From contig CBDDBP010000007.1 of the NCBI GenBank assembly GCA_965225815.1, positions 221,621 through 285,620 on the forward strand: a stretch of DNA of 64,000 bases. The letters are read 5' to 3'. The notes below the pieces were generated by a model. That model had not been told where the DNA came from. It saw nothing but the letters and a program-made list of their open reading frames with translations, and made no database searches. This document shows positions 27,680 to 36,543 of the stretch, piece after piece; the first letter of the stretch is position 1; the number at the start of each line of letters is the position of its first letter. The stretch comes from Dehalococcoidia bacterium (GTDB lineage: Bacteria > Chloroflexota > Dehalococcoidia > DSTF01 > WHTK01). Made by a program: the position numbers and the translations under genes.

Positions 27680-28390
27680 TCAGCCGCGGGCTGCCTCACG
27701 GACGCGGTCGAGGACCTGGTCGAGGTCGAGCGCGTCGGTATCGATGATGATGGCGTCGTCGGCAGGACGTAGCGGCGAGACGTGACGCTGGCTGTCCATC
27801 TCGTCCCGGGCGAGAAGCTCGGCGAGGATCTCGGCTTCGGGGCGCTCCGCGCCGGCTTCGACCAGTTCGCGATGACGGCGGTGGGATCGGACTTCAGCGG
27901 AGGCGTCGAGGTAGACCTTGAGGGGGGCGTCCGTCAGTACGACGCTGCCGATGTCGCGGCCCAGCATGATCAGGCTGCCTTCGCGGGCGAGGGCGCGCTG
28001 CTTTTCGACCATTGCCTTGCGAACCCCCGCTATGCGCGACACGAAAGAGACGCCGCGGTCGACGTCGGGGAAGCGGAGCTCGCCTGTGATGTCCTGGCCG
28101 TTGACCTTGATCGTGGGACCACCGTCCGTCTGTGGCTGTCCGAGCTCGATGACCGCGGCTTCAGCAAGCGTGACGAGCGCGGCTTCGTCCTCGATGTCGA
28201 CATTCTGCTGGAGGGCGAGCCAGGTGAGGGCGCGATACATCATGCCGGTGTCTACGAGGCGGTAGTGGAACTCGCGGGCGAGGCTGAGCCCAACAGCGGT
28301 CTTACCGGAGGCAACGGGTCCGTCAATAGCGATAACCGGGGCGATGGTCGGCCCGCGCGGAGTGATATCTGAAGACGATCCAGCAGTCAA
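27680..28390 (-). CDS. cmk: cytidylate kinase Cmk
   Basis: IAIDGPVASGKTAV P-loop with the CMP-kinase pattern. It forms the cmk-plsC-ispH gene string. Confidence 0.8.
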   Translation of the reverse strand: MTAGSSSDITPRGPTIAPVIAIDGPVASGKTAVGLSLAREFHYRLVDTGMMYRALTWLALQQNVDIEDEAALVTLAEAAVIELGQPQTDGGPTIKVNGQDITGELRFPDVDRGVSFVSRIAGVRKAMVEKQRALAREGSLIMLGRDIGSVVLTDAPLKVYLDASAEVRSHRRHRELVEAGAERPEAEILAELLARDEMDSQRHVSPLRPADDAIIIDTDALDLDQVLDRVREAARG

Positions 28391-28438
28391 TTAGTAAGAC
28401 GATTATAGGTAGGCGCCTGGTCAACGAACAAGGCGGGC

Positions 28439-28858
28439 TCAGTCGCGTTGACGGTAGAAGGCATAAGTGCTGCCGAGGCCCGCGGCAAACAGCGCTCCGG
28501 CAATGAGCCAGACCGCAGGTACACCGTCATCCGTCGACGGCGCCTGCGTCAGAGAGGTTGGTGCGTCTTCGCCGGGTGGTGCGGTTTCGCGCCTTGCGGA
28601 CAAGACCTCCTGGACAGGCGTGGGTTCAATCCCAGGCTGGGCGTCAGGGGTCGCTGCTGCAGGAGAGAGGGCTGGTGTGGCAGCGGGGCCGACGGCTTCG
28701 TTGCTGTCGTCTCGGCGTGACGCTTCGGCCGAGAGCGCCGTGACATCGGCTGCAGCCGGCGCCGGCAGGGCAGTGTTGGTTGGAAGGGGCGTTGCCGAGG
28801 GCGTCGATGTCGGTCGTGGCGTCGAAGTTGGTTTCGGAGTTGCGGTGAGGATTGGCAT
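28439..28858 (-). CDS. Pro/Thr-rich protein with C-terminal TM anchor; probably the 3' remnant of a larger cell-surface protein gene
   Basis: PT-rich linker (TPKPTSTPRPTSTPSATPLPT...) and a C-terminal TM plus RQRD. The same frame stays open upstream to about 29162 without a start codon and encodes ...ASLRVRLSATASAPATVCLDNISLSGPPRPSPTATATLPPPPTAIATSIPAT, which looks like the end of a beta-sandwich domain. Confidence 0.3.
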   Translation of the reverse strand: MPILTATPKPTSTPRPTSTPSATPLPTNTALPAPAAADVTALSAEASRRDDSNEAVGPAATPALSPAAATPDAQPGIEPTPVQEVLSARRETAPPGEDAPTSLTQAPSTDDGVPAVWLIAGALFAAGLGSTYAFYRQRD

Positions 28859-29209
28859 AGTGGCTGGGATGGACGTTGCAATCGCGGTTGGCGGAGGCGG
28901 AAGGGTTGCAGTGGCAGTTGGGCTGGGCCGAGGCGGTCCGCTGAGGCTGATGTTGTCGAGACAGACGGTGGCGGGAGCGCTGGCCGTAGCGGATAGGCGT
29001 ACGCGGAGGCTCGCAGTCCCGGCAGGCCGGCTGGCGATCTCGGCGAAGCGGCTGTAGGTCGGACCGCTAATGACGCTCGCTGAATGGCGGCTTAGCTCGT
29101 CCCCGTCGCCGTCGAGCCAGATCAGGATAGCTTCGACCTGGAGCTGATCCTGACTGCACCTTTAGCCAGCCGGTCAGCGAATATTCGCCGCTGCCGGGTC
29201 TTCCTCGAC

Positions 29210-29623
29210 ATGGTCTTGCGTGGAGTGCCGGCCAGCTCTGTCGCCCGCCAGGACTACGTCACCGTGCCGCCGGACATGATGCTCACCGAGCTCGTCGAAG
29301 AGAACGTCCTCGCCGGATACGGCCGCTGCTTTCCCATCGTCGTTGGCGATGAGCTAATCGGCCTGGTCACGCTGCATGACGTTCGCGCCGTACAGCGCGA
29401 GAATTGGGACACGACCAGCGTCTTTCGCGTTATGACACCGTTCGTCGATCTGCGCTCTGTCACCCTCCTCGCCGACGTGCCCGCCGTCCTTTCGCTAATG
29501 GCCGCCGCCGACATCAACCAGGTGCCGCTGCTCGATGGCCGCACCCTGCTCGGCCTGATTCACCGCTCCGACGTCATTCGCTACATCCAAACCCGCCAGG
29601 AGATGCTTCCCACGGCTGCTTGA
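29210..29623 (+). CDS. CBS-pair domain protein
   Basis: Two CBS motifs (...VTVPPDMMLTELVEENVLAGYGRCFPIVVGDELIGLVTLHDV... and ...VFRVMTPFVDLRSVTLLADVPAVLSLMAAADINQVPLLDGRTLLGLIHRSDVI). An in-frame TAG lies upstream at 29093. Confidence 0.55.
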   Translation: MVLRGVPASSVARQDYVTVPPDMMLTELVEENVLAGYGRCFPIVVGDELIGLVTLHDVRAVQRENWDTTSVFRVMTPFVDLRSVTLLADVPAVLSLMAAADINQVPLLDGRTLLGLIHRSDVIRYIQTRQEMLPTAA

Positions 29624-29658
29624 GGCGCTGCGACCGATGTATAATTCTCGCCGTGGAC

Positions 29659-29958
29659 ACGGTTAAGTGCGGTCACTGTGGCGTCCGAAGAGATGTTGGC
29701 GACAACTTCTGCCGCGCCTGTGGCCATCAGTTCACGATCAACCTGCCGGCAGTTAAGAACTCAGGGCTCCCCGCCGTCAAACAAGGCGGACTGCCACCTT
29801 CCCTGATCGGCAGCGTAGCGGTCCTCGCGGTCGGCACCAGCCTCGAGTGGCTGGCCCGGCGCATGGTCGGCTCGGCCGCTCGCGCCGCCGGACGCGCCCT
29901 GGTCGGTGCGGAAGCCAAAGTCGCCACCAAGCCCGCTCATCCCAAAAAGACGACGTGA
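29659..29958 (+). CDS. small zinc-ribbon protein with one TM helix (about 99 aa)
   Basis: CGHCG...CRACGH followed by a hydrophobic helix. GTG start lies 13 nt after a TATAAT hexamer at 29641-29646. Status uncertain. Confidence 0.3.
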   Translation, partial: TVKCGHCGVRRDVGDNFCRACGHQFTINLPAVKNSGLPAVKQGGLPPSLIGSVAVLAVGTSLEWLARRMVGSAARAAGRALVGAEAKVATKPAHPKKTT

Positions 29959-30394
29959 CCATCGACGAAGTCCTCTACATCCGCAAGGTCCAACTCCGCC
30001 GTTAGACCGGACCCGACCCCGCAGCGAATAGCGCTTCCTTACTGGAGACGCCTGTGCCGTTGTGCCGCCTCGCCGTTGCGCTCGTATTCCTCCTGCTCGC
30101 GTCCCAACCGGGATCGGTTACAGCTGCGGCTCAACTACTACAGAACGGCGACTTCGAGCAGGGAAGCAGCGGATGGAGCGGCGCTGGCCGATGTCCATAG
30201 ACGGCTGTCAGATCCCTACGGCGGTAGCAGGGCTCTCGCCATCCTGTCCAGCGGGTCCGCCGTTTTCGCCCAACAGAAAGTACCGGGTCCCCTTGTTCGT
30301 AGCTTTCGGCAGAGGCGACGCGCATACGAAGATATGCCCGATGATGGAGCGACGGGCCAGATGCGTGCGCTGACGATGGATGCGGTGAAGGAAG

Positions 30395-30574
30395 AATGAC
30401 GATGCCGATCGCTACCGCGACAGTCCAGCGGCGCGCGTCGGTCCATTCGGGGTAAAACTCCTCGAGCACACCAGTGGCGAAAGTCCAGGCAAGCAGAAAC
30501 GAGAAGAAGAACCAGGTCCAGTGGACGCTAATGTTGAGGCCAAAAAGCCTGCCGACGCGGAGATTCCCGGACAA
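30395..30574 (-). pseudogene. N-terminal fragment (about 60 aa) of a site-2 protease (peptidase M50); the remainder is missing
   Basis: MSGNLRVGRLFGLNISVHWTWFFFSFLLAWTFATG...WTVAVAIGIVI matches the M50 N-terminus, where the expected HExxH would follow. No reading frame continues the M50 pattern downstream. The track ORF (30131..30574) continues as non-homologous sequence. Confidence 0.4.
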
Positions 30575-30625
30575 TGTGCCGCTCCCTGCCCCGCTAGAAA
30601 GATGGGGCTGTATATAGGATCGGCA

Positions 30626-30655
30626 AAAAGAAAGGCGGCCCTTAAGGCCGCCCTT
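30626..30655 (-). terminator. intrinsic terminator downstream of the thioredoxin-like gene (minus-strand GGCGGCC-UUAAG-GGCCGCC then UUUCUUUUUG)
   Basis: Seven-bp GC stem with a 5-nt loop, immediately followed on the minus strand by a TTTCTTTTTG tract. It lies about 20 nt after the stop at 30675. Confidence 0.6.
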
Positions 30656-30674
30656 CTTGCAAGTTAGCTAAGCG

Positions 30675-31277
30675 CTATTTCGTCGCAGCTTCGAGGAGCT
30701 CGCGAATCTCGGTCACTTCGGCGTCGCGCCAGCTAGCCCAGACGGGCCCCTGCTGGAACGCTTCGTACTGTTCCATGTACTGCTTGCGCTCTTCTTCGGA
30801 CAGGTCCTGGTTGCGCATCTTGGCCGTGATTTCGCTGAGCTGAGGCATCTCGTCACGGGCCTTCTTGGCGCGCTCGTGCCAGGTGCCGAGCTGCTCCATG
30901 TCTTTGGAGTAGAAGACAAGCGTCGGAATCGACTGGAACTCACCCTTGTAGAGGAACTCGTTCATGATGTCGAGGTTCTGGTCGCGGAAGAAGATCTTGA
31001 GGTCCAGTCCAGTGGCTTCGCAAAGCTTGCCGAGTACCGGCATACCGCGGACAACGTCGGGGCACCAGGCTTCGCCTAGAGCGAGGACGGTCGTGGGGCC
31101 GTTCGGCTTTGACATCGCCGCCTTGATCGCAGCCACATTGTCGGCGTTGGGCTGTGTTCCGTCGTAGTTGAACTGGAACTTCTCCTGGTTACGGTCGATC
31201 TGCTCTGCCCACTCCTTGTAGCTGATGCCCTGGGCGAGACGCTCAGGCGTTACGACGCTTTCTTTCTGCGCAGTCAT
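30675..31277 (-). CDS. thioredoxin-fold protein with single-Cys WCPDV motif
   Basis: LALGEAWCPDVVRGMPVL resembles a thioredoxin-like WCxxC site with the second Cys replaced by Val. About 200 aa with a C-terminal helical region. Confidence 0.45.
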   Translation of the reverse strand: MTAQKESVVTPERLAQGISYKEWAEQIDRNQEKFQFNYDGTQPNADNVAAIKAAMSKPNGPTTVLALGEAWCPDVVRGMPVLGKLCEATGLDLKIFFRDQNLDIMNEFLYKGEFQSIPTLVFYSKDMEQLGTWHERAKKARDEMPQLSEITAKMRNQDLSEEERKQYMEQYEAFQQGPVWASWRDAEVTEIRELLEAATK

Positions 31278-31365
31278 GGTTTCTCCTTGAAACGGGCTAT
31301 TTGAAGGACTTAGCTATTAAGTAGGCGCAGTATAACATCCAGTGCCGTCTGCCAAGCGGTCGAAA

Positions 31366-32205
31366 TTAGCCCTCTTTGGCCTTGGCTTCGTCCCACAAGG
31401 ACAGGAGCGATTGGCGCGACTCGCTCTTGAGGTCGAGCCCGCGATCGCGGGCAGTGGTTTCGACGGAGGAGAAGCGGCCACGGAACTTGTGGCCGGCCTC
31501 GCGTAGGGCCTGCTCGGCGTCGATTCCGAGGGATCGGGCATAATTCGCCACGTTTAGCATGAGGTCGCCGAACTCGGCGGCGGCAGACTCTGGTGTCGAA
31601 GCGGCCTCGAGCTCACGCAGCTCCTCGGCGAGCTTGATGAGGATGTCTTCGCGAGTTGGCCAGGCGAATCCAGCCTTCGCGGCGCGATGTAGCAGGGTCT
31701 GGGCATAAGACAGCGCCGGCATGGCTGGCGGCACGTTGGCAAGAGCGGAGGCATCGTCGTCTCGCTCGGTTTTCTTGATTTCGTCCCACTGGGTTACGAC
31801 CTGGCCCGCGGTTTCGAGCTCGACGTCGCCGAAGACATGAGGGTGGCGGCGGATGAGCTTCTGGGCGAGGCCGTCGAGGATGTCAGCCATCTCGAACTCG
31901 CCGGCTTCTGCCGCGATCTCGCTGTGCAGCAGGACCTGTAGGAGGAGGTCGCCGAGCTCTGCCGGCAGAGCTTCGATGGAATTGGAATCGAGGACGGCCA
32001 GCACCTCATAGGCCTCCTCGATGACGTAGGGTCTCAGGCTGGCGTGTGTCTGTTCCTGGTCCCAGGGACAACCGCCGGGGGCACGCAGGCGGGCTACGAC
32101 CTCGCGCAGTGCCTCGTAGCTACGGGTTTCGCGTTGGCTGAGCATGGCGAGCCTCTCATTAAGTCCAAACAATACATCACATAACGCGCCATAACTCGTT
32201 GACAT
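31366..32205 (-). CDS. mazG: nucleoside triphosphate pyrophosphohydrolase MazG
   Basis: Tandem MazG EExxE motifs (IEEAYEVLAVL ... EFGDLMLNVANYAR). 279 aa. Confidence 0.75.
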   Translation of the reverse strand: MSTSYGALCDVLFGLNERLAMLSQRETRSYEALREVVARLRAPGGCPWDQEQTHASLRPYVIEEAYEVLAVLDSNSIEALPAELGDLLLQVLLHSEIAAEAGEFEMADILDGLAQKLIRRHPHVFGDVELETAGQVVTQWDEIKKTERDDDASALANVPPAMPALSYAQTLLHRAAKAGFAWPTREDILIKLAEELRELEAASTPESAAAEFGDLMLNVANYARSLGIDAEQALREAGHKFRGRFSSVETTARDRGLDLKSESRQSLLSLWDEAKAKEG

Positions 32206-32282
32206 GAATCTGGCGCGAACCTACGATAACAAAGAACTGTCCGAGACGTGGCGGGCGCCTTCGGGACGAGAACGAGGCTTCC

Positions 32283-32996
32283 TTGAGCGTCTTTCGAACC
32301 GTCGCGACCCTGCTTTTTATCCTCTGCATTCCTGTAGCGCTGATCACGACGAATATCCGATTCATGGCCAACGAGTCGCGCGTGTATCGCTACGCGATCG
32401 ACGAATTCGATGCGGTGGCGACCACGGGCATCGAACGGTCCGAGCTGATCCGGGCGGGGGCAGAGATCCGGGCCTACTTCAACAACGACCAGGAAACGCT
32501 GCTGATCGAGGTCAACGAGAACGGGCGGGAGACGACTCTGTTCAACGCCCGCGAGACGATTCACATGCAAGACGTGAAGGACCGCTTTCAGCTGACGAAC
32601 CGAGTCCAGGAGTTCTCGCTGATGTACGTGTTGGCGTACATCGTCGTTGTCGTGCTGTGGGCGCGAGAGATGACGCCACGCGAGCTTGCGGTGCGAGTCG
32701 CGGCGGGCAGCGCTTTGTGCCTGGTGGCGTTGGGCGGAATCGGCGCCGTCGGCCTGGCGGGCTTCGATTCAGCCTGGGCCGACTTCCACCGTTTGATCTT
32801 CAGCAACGACTTCTGGCTGCTCAATCCCTCGACGGACCACCTCATCCAAATGTTCCCGCTGGCCTTCTGGGAGAGCATCGTGTTCCTGGTAGGAACTCTT
32901 GTGGTGGCCGAAGCGGCGCTGCTATTGCTAGGTGCAGCCCTTTACCTCGGCGCCTCCAGGCACAAGGAAGGGGCGCTGGAACTGGCGGCTGCCTGA
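32283..32996 (+). CDS. TIGR01906/DUF1461 family integral membrane protein (Lit-like)
   Basis: N-terminal TM, ...LFNARETIHMQDVKDRF..., and C-terminal TM helices, in an arrangement typical of DUF1461. TTG start in the track. Divergent from mazG. Confidence 0.45.
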   Translation: MSVFRTVATLLFILCIPVALITTNIRFMANESRVYRYAIDEFDAVATTGIERSELIRAGAEIRAYFNNDQETLLIEVNENGRETTLFNARETIHMQDVKDRFQLTNRVQEFSLMYVLAYIVVVVLWAREMTPRELAVRVAAGSALCLVALGGIGAVGLAGFDSAWADFHRLIFSNDFWLLNPSTDHLIQMFPLAFWESIVFLVGTLVVAEAALLLLGAALYLGASRHKEGALELAAA

Positions 32997-33060
32997 GCCG
33001 ATCCAGGGCCAATCAAAAGGCGGCCCCGAGGGCCGCCCTTCGTGTTTCAGGGGAAGCGGG

Positions 33061-33288
33061 CTAGCAGCAGGAGCAGCTGCCGCCGCAGCAGGCGTCGCCA
33101 CCGCCGGACATCGGCATCGTCATGGCCGGCGCCTCATCGCCACGGGCAAGCGGTGCGAAGAGGGAAAGGACGCGATTGTTTGTCGTGTGGCCGCTGGGGC
33201 AAGTCGCCGCGATGTTCATCTGGTTGACGGGCCTCAATAACTCGAACTGTTCAGCGCAGGGCGGGCAGTAGTACTCATAAAGCGGCAT
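33061..33288 (-). CDS. FmdB-family zinc-ribbon protein with Cys-rich tail
   Basis: MPLYEYYCPPCAEQFE...CPSGH (FmdB zinc ribbon) plus a C-terminal GGGDACCGGSCSCC. Confidence 0.55.
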   Translation of the reverse strand: MPLYEYYCPPCAEQFELLRPVNQMNIAATCPSGHTTNNRVLSLFAPLARGDEAPAMTMPMSGGGDACCGGSCSCC

Positions 33289-33451
33289 ATGCGTCCTCCT
33301 GACGAATTTGGGAAATCTTAGTCACCTCAATGCAACGCCGTCAACGCCCGAAGCATTTCAGTCCAGCTACGAGTGGCTGGAAGCCGGCTAGATTCTGCTA
33401 TTCTCGCGCTGTTCTATCGATAGGAGTAGCAAGTTTAAAGCGGAGGATCCG

Positions 33452-33841
33452 ATGCACGTCGCCAGCAGCAATACGCCGGACTTCCAGGTTCGCACGGGAA
33501 CGCCGATGTTCATCGGCGAGGTCCACGCTCACGGCCTGATCGACGACAAGATGACGGAGCAAACGCGAATGCTCCTGGTGAAGTTCAGCCCTGGTGGGCG
33601 AACGCGTTGGCACACACACAGCTTCGAGCAGGGATTGGTGATCACTGAGGGTCGTGGCATTGTAGCCAGCGAGTCTGAAGGCGAGCGCGTCGTTGAGGCA
33701 GGCGACGTCGTTGTCTTCGACACGGGTGAGAAGCACTGGCACGGCGCGACAAACACGACGGGGATGAGCCACATCGCGATCAACCTCGCGGGCTCGGCCG
33801 AGATCCTTGAGGACTCGGAGATCAAGACTGCGGGGTTGTAG
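33452..33841 (+). CDS. cupin-domain protein
   Basis: GGRTRWHTHSFEQGLVITEG ... GDVVVFDTGEKHWHG two-motif cupin signature. Confidence 0.55.
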   Translation: MHVASSNTPDFQVRTGTPMFIGEVHAHGLIDDKMTEQTRMLLVKFSPGGRTRWHTHSFEQGLVITEGRGIVASESEGERVVEAGDVVVFDTGEKHWHGATNTTGMSHIAINLAGSAEILEDSEIKTAGL

Positions 33842-33850
33842 ATAACAGCC

Positions 33851-34216
33851 GTGGCGGCAGATGAGGCGCGACAGGCGAGCGAGGGCGCCCCGGCGCGACT
33901 CTTCGCCGGCTCCAGCTTTGGCTACGCGTTTGTGGTTGCGGTCCTGGTGCTGGTGGTCAAGGACTTCTTTCGCAATGAGCCGGACCAGGACGCAATGTTG
34001 CTGTGGCTGTTGGTGCCGCTGATTGCCTCCTTCGGAGGCTGGATGTCGGTCATGTCAGGCCAGCCCCTGCTGCGAGGTTGGCTCTGGTTCGGCATCGTCG
34101 CGATTTTGTTTTGCTGCTGGATCGCGGTGTTTTCTTACGGACTGCTGTTCTTGCCGGTAGCGCTGCTGATGATGGTTGCGGCGGTCAGCCCATGGGATAA
34201 GCGGGTAGGCTCCTAG
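33851..34216 (+). CDS. hypothetical membrane protein (121 aa)
   Basis: Four predicted TM helices. No homology recognised. Confidence 0.3.
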   Translation: MAADEARQASEGAPARLFAGSSFGYAFVVAVLVLVVKDFFRNEPDQDAMLLWLLVPLIASFGGWMSVMSGQPLLRGWLWFGIVAILFCCWIAVFSYGLLFLPVALLMMVAAVSPWDKRVGS

Positions 34217-34220
34217 CTCC

Positions 34221-34250
34221 TTGTCCTGACGCCAGCGCCGCACCTATACT
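34221..34250 (+). promoter_or_regulatory. candidate sigma-70-type promoter (TTGTCC - 18 nt - TATACT) for the riboswitch-btuFCD transcript
   Basis: Hexamers read directly from the sequence. Spacing is 18 nt. Predicted TSS is about 34257. Confidence 0.3.
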
Positions 34251-34257
34251 GCCGTCA

Positions 34258-34478
34258 CGTCATGGGTGTCCCTCTTGCAAGCGAGGGAGTAAATGCGAAG
34301 CCGGTCAAAAATCCGGCGCTGTCCCGCAACTGTAGCCCCGAAAACGATTCGGGGGAGCCAGGCCGCCAGCCCGTGACGATGTCTCTGGAAGCCTCCGTGG
34401 AGGGGCCGAGACATCGTCTGAGCCAAGGCATAAGACGATTCGCCCCCGGCCCCATAGAGGCCGGGGTTTTGTTTTGCG
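34258..34478 (+). ncRNA. cobalamin (AdoCbl) riboswitch with intrinsic-terminator expression platform
   Basis: GCGAGGGAG...GCGAAGCCGGUCAAAAAUCCGGCGCUGUCCCGCAACUGUAGCC...GGGGGAGCCAGGCCGCCAGC contains the conserved cobalamin-riboswitch blocks (GGUxAAAAUCC, GCUGxCCCGCAACUGUA, AGCCAGG B12-box region). It is followed by the hairpin CCCCGGCC-CCAUAGA-GGCCGGGG plus UUUUGUUUU at 34444-34476. It lies upstream of a BtuF-like binding-protein gene. Confidence 0.7.
34444..34476 (+). terminator. intrinsic terminator (8-bp GC stem + TTTTGTTTT) forming the riboswitch OFF-state
   Basis: Read directly from the sequence. Confidence 0.65.
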
Positions 34479-34534
34479 CACCGGCGCGGGAACTTCCAGA
34501 GTCGATGGGTCGCCTCGAGTGGAAGGAGACTGCC

Positions 34535-35470
34535 GTGCGTTTTCGTTTTCTCGCTGTTTTGGTGCCATCGCTACTGTGGCTGGTGGCGGCGTGTTCGAAC
34601 GATTCGGAACCAGAGCCGACGGTTGCGTCGCAATCGACTCAAGCCGCTCCGGCGGCGACTTCTGAGGCGAACGAGCCCAGATCATTCACCGGCAGCGACG
34701 GGGTAACGGTTGTTCTGGACGAGGCACCGCAGCGCATCGTTTCGCTGGCAACACACGCGACTGAGATCTTTTGTGCTCTCGGCGTAGGGGAGCGTCTGGT
34801 GGCGGTCGACCGGTACGCTAATTGCTCGGACGGAGGAGGCGAAAAGCCGGAGGTCGACTCTTTCCAACCCAGCGTCGAAGCGATCGTCGCCTATGACCCG
34901 GACTTCGTTTACGCCTGGTATGACCCGGGCGACCTGGCGCGATCATTGCGCGACGTGGGCATCACCGTATTCCTGCTCGACACGCCCGTGGACCTTGAAG
35001 GGCTTTTCGACAACATCCGTCTGATTGGCGAAATGACGGATCGAGAAGACGGAGCCGAGGCGCTTGTGGCGGAGTTGGAGGCGGACCGCGACGCCGTCGT
35101 AGCGAGCATCGCTGACATTGAGACGGGGCCACGGATCTATCACGAATCCGACGCGGCGTTGTACACGGCGCGCAGCGACACGTTCGTCGGCGAACTCTAC
35201 GTTCTGCTTAAGGCGCAAAACATCGCTGACGGGGCCGACAGCCAGTATCCGCAGCTCTCCTCCGAGGCCGTGGTTGCATCCGACCCGGAGGTGATCATCC
35301 TGGCGGACTTCGCCGACCCGGCAGAGGTGGCGGCACGGCCGGGATGGGCTGCGATCAGCGCAGTGCTGAACGATCAGATTTGCGAGATTAATCCCGATCT
35401 GACCGACCGGCCGGGGCCGAACATCATGCAGGGCCTGCGGGCGCTGCGCGATTGCCTTTACCCGGACTGA
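34535..35470 (+). CDS. ABC transporter periplasmic substrate-binding protein, BtuF/FecB (TroA-like cluster) family; probable cobalamin/corrinoid binding
   Basis: GTG start preceded by the AAGGAG SD. Lipoprotein signal (LLWLVAACSND). ...RIVSLATHATEIFCALG...AYDPD... is typical of class III SBPs. The cobalamin riboswitch lies upstream. Confidence 0.7.
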   Translation: MRFRFLAVLVPSLLWLVAACSNDSEPEPTVASQSTQAAPAATSEANEPRSFTGSDGVTVVLDEAPQRIVSLATHATEIFCALGVGERLVAVDRYANCSDGGGEKPEVDSFQPSVEAIVAYDPDFVYAWYDPGDLARSLRDVGITVFLLDTPVDLEGLFDNIRLIGEMTDREDGAEALVAELEADRDAVVASIADIETGPRIYHESDAALYTARSDTFVGELYVLLKAQNIADGADSQYPQLSSEAVVASDPEVIILADFADPAEVAARPGWAAISAVLNDQICEINPDLTDRPGPNIMQGLRALRDCLYPD

Positions 35471-36543
35471 TGGCTGAAGCGATTCAGGCGAGCGGGGCCA
35501 CAGGGACGAATCAAAGTCTCGCGGAACGGCTGCGCCCGGCGACGCCTGCAATTGCATTCGCGGTGTTGCTGTGTTGCTTGCTGGCCGGGATCCTGATCGG
35601 GCCGGCCGGCATCAGTCCGGGCGATACGGCTCGGGTTGTCCTGAATCACGTGGCCGGCGCGAGCTTTGATGTCCCAGGTCAGACTGACGCGATCATCTGG
35701 GAGATCAGGCTGCCACGCGTGCTGCTAGCCGCGGTGGTAGGGGGATCCCTCGCGTACAGCGGTGCTGCCTACCAGGGTGTTTTCCGAAACCCGTTGGCCG
35801 ATCCGTATCTGCTCGGGGTCGCGGCCGGGGCGGGATTGGCGGGCGCGATTGCGATCGTGCTTGACGCGCCGTTGACTCACGCCGGGCTCAGCCTGCTGCC
35901 GCTGGTTTCGTTCGGCGGCGCGATGATCGCGGTACTGCTGGCCTACAACATCGCTCAGGCCGGCGGGCAGACGCCCAACACGACGCTGATCCTCGCCGGC
36001 GTGACGCTATCGTCCATATCGGTAGCGGCGATCTCCTACATCCTGATCACCGATCAGCAGAATTCGACGGCAGTCCTGTCCTGGTTGCTCGGATCGTTCA
36101 ACGGCAGCGGCTGGCGCGATCTGCCCTACGTGCTGCCTTACGCAATTCCGGCCGGCATCGTGGTCTTCCTGCACGGACGTATGCTCGACGTGTTGCAGCT
36201 GGAGGAGAGCGAGGCTTCTTACGTCGGCCTGGACGTGCGGCGGACGAAAGCGATCATCTTGCTGGCGGCGTCCCTGGCGGCCGCAGCGGCGGTTTCGGTA
36301 GTGGGCATCATCGGCTTCGTTGGTCTGGTGTCGCCGCACGTCGTGCGGTTGCTGCTGGGGCCGGATTATCGGCGATTGTTACCTGTGGTGGTGCTGGTGG
36401 GGGCGAGCTTCCTGGTGCTGGCAGACATCGGCGCTCGCTCGCTGGTCAGCCCCGGCGAGCTCCCGGTCAGCATCCTGACGTCATTCGTGGGCGCGCCGTT
36501 CTTCCTCTTCCTGCTGCGGCATCAGCGCAAGGTGTACTTCTGA
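35470..36543 (+). CDS. FecCD-family ABC permease (BtuC-like)
   Basis: About 10 TM helices with the FecCD pattern. ATG overlaps the upstream stop (ATGA). Confidence 0.75.
   Translation: MAEAIQASGATGTNQSLAERLRPATPAIAFAVLLCCLLAGILIGPAGISPGDTARVVLNHVAGASFDVPGQTDAIIWEIRLPRVLLAAVVGGSLAYSGAAYQGVFRNPLADPYLLGVAAGAGLAGAIAIVLDAPLTHAGLSLLPLVSFGGAMIAVLLAYNIAQAGGQTPNTTLILAGVTLSSISVAAISYILITDQQNSTAVLSWLLGSFNGSGWRDLPYVLPYAIPAGIVVFLHGRMLDVLQLEESEASYVGLDVRRTKAIILLAASLAAAAAVSVVGIIGFVGLVSPHVVRLLLGPDYRRLLPVVVLVGASFLVLADIGARSLVSPGELPVSILTSFVGAPFFLFLLRHQRKVYF

Noticed and set aside
28467-29057. 196-aa Gly/Ala/Val-rich + strand ORF
   Set aside because: It is antisense to the PT-rich surface-protein remnant and is pure low-complexity sequence. 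It is most likely non-coding.
30062-30399. + strand ORFs (30062..30373, 30076..30399) opposite the site-2-protease stub
   Set aside because: They are short with no motif. The region looks like decayed coding sequence.
32204-33064. 286-aa ORF in an alternative frame overlapping the DUF1461/TIGR01906 membrane-protein gene
   Set aside because: The translation is Arg/Gly/Pro-rich low-complexity with no domain signal. The overlapping frame has a convincing TM-protein pattern.
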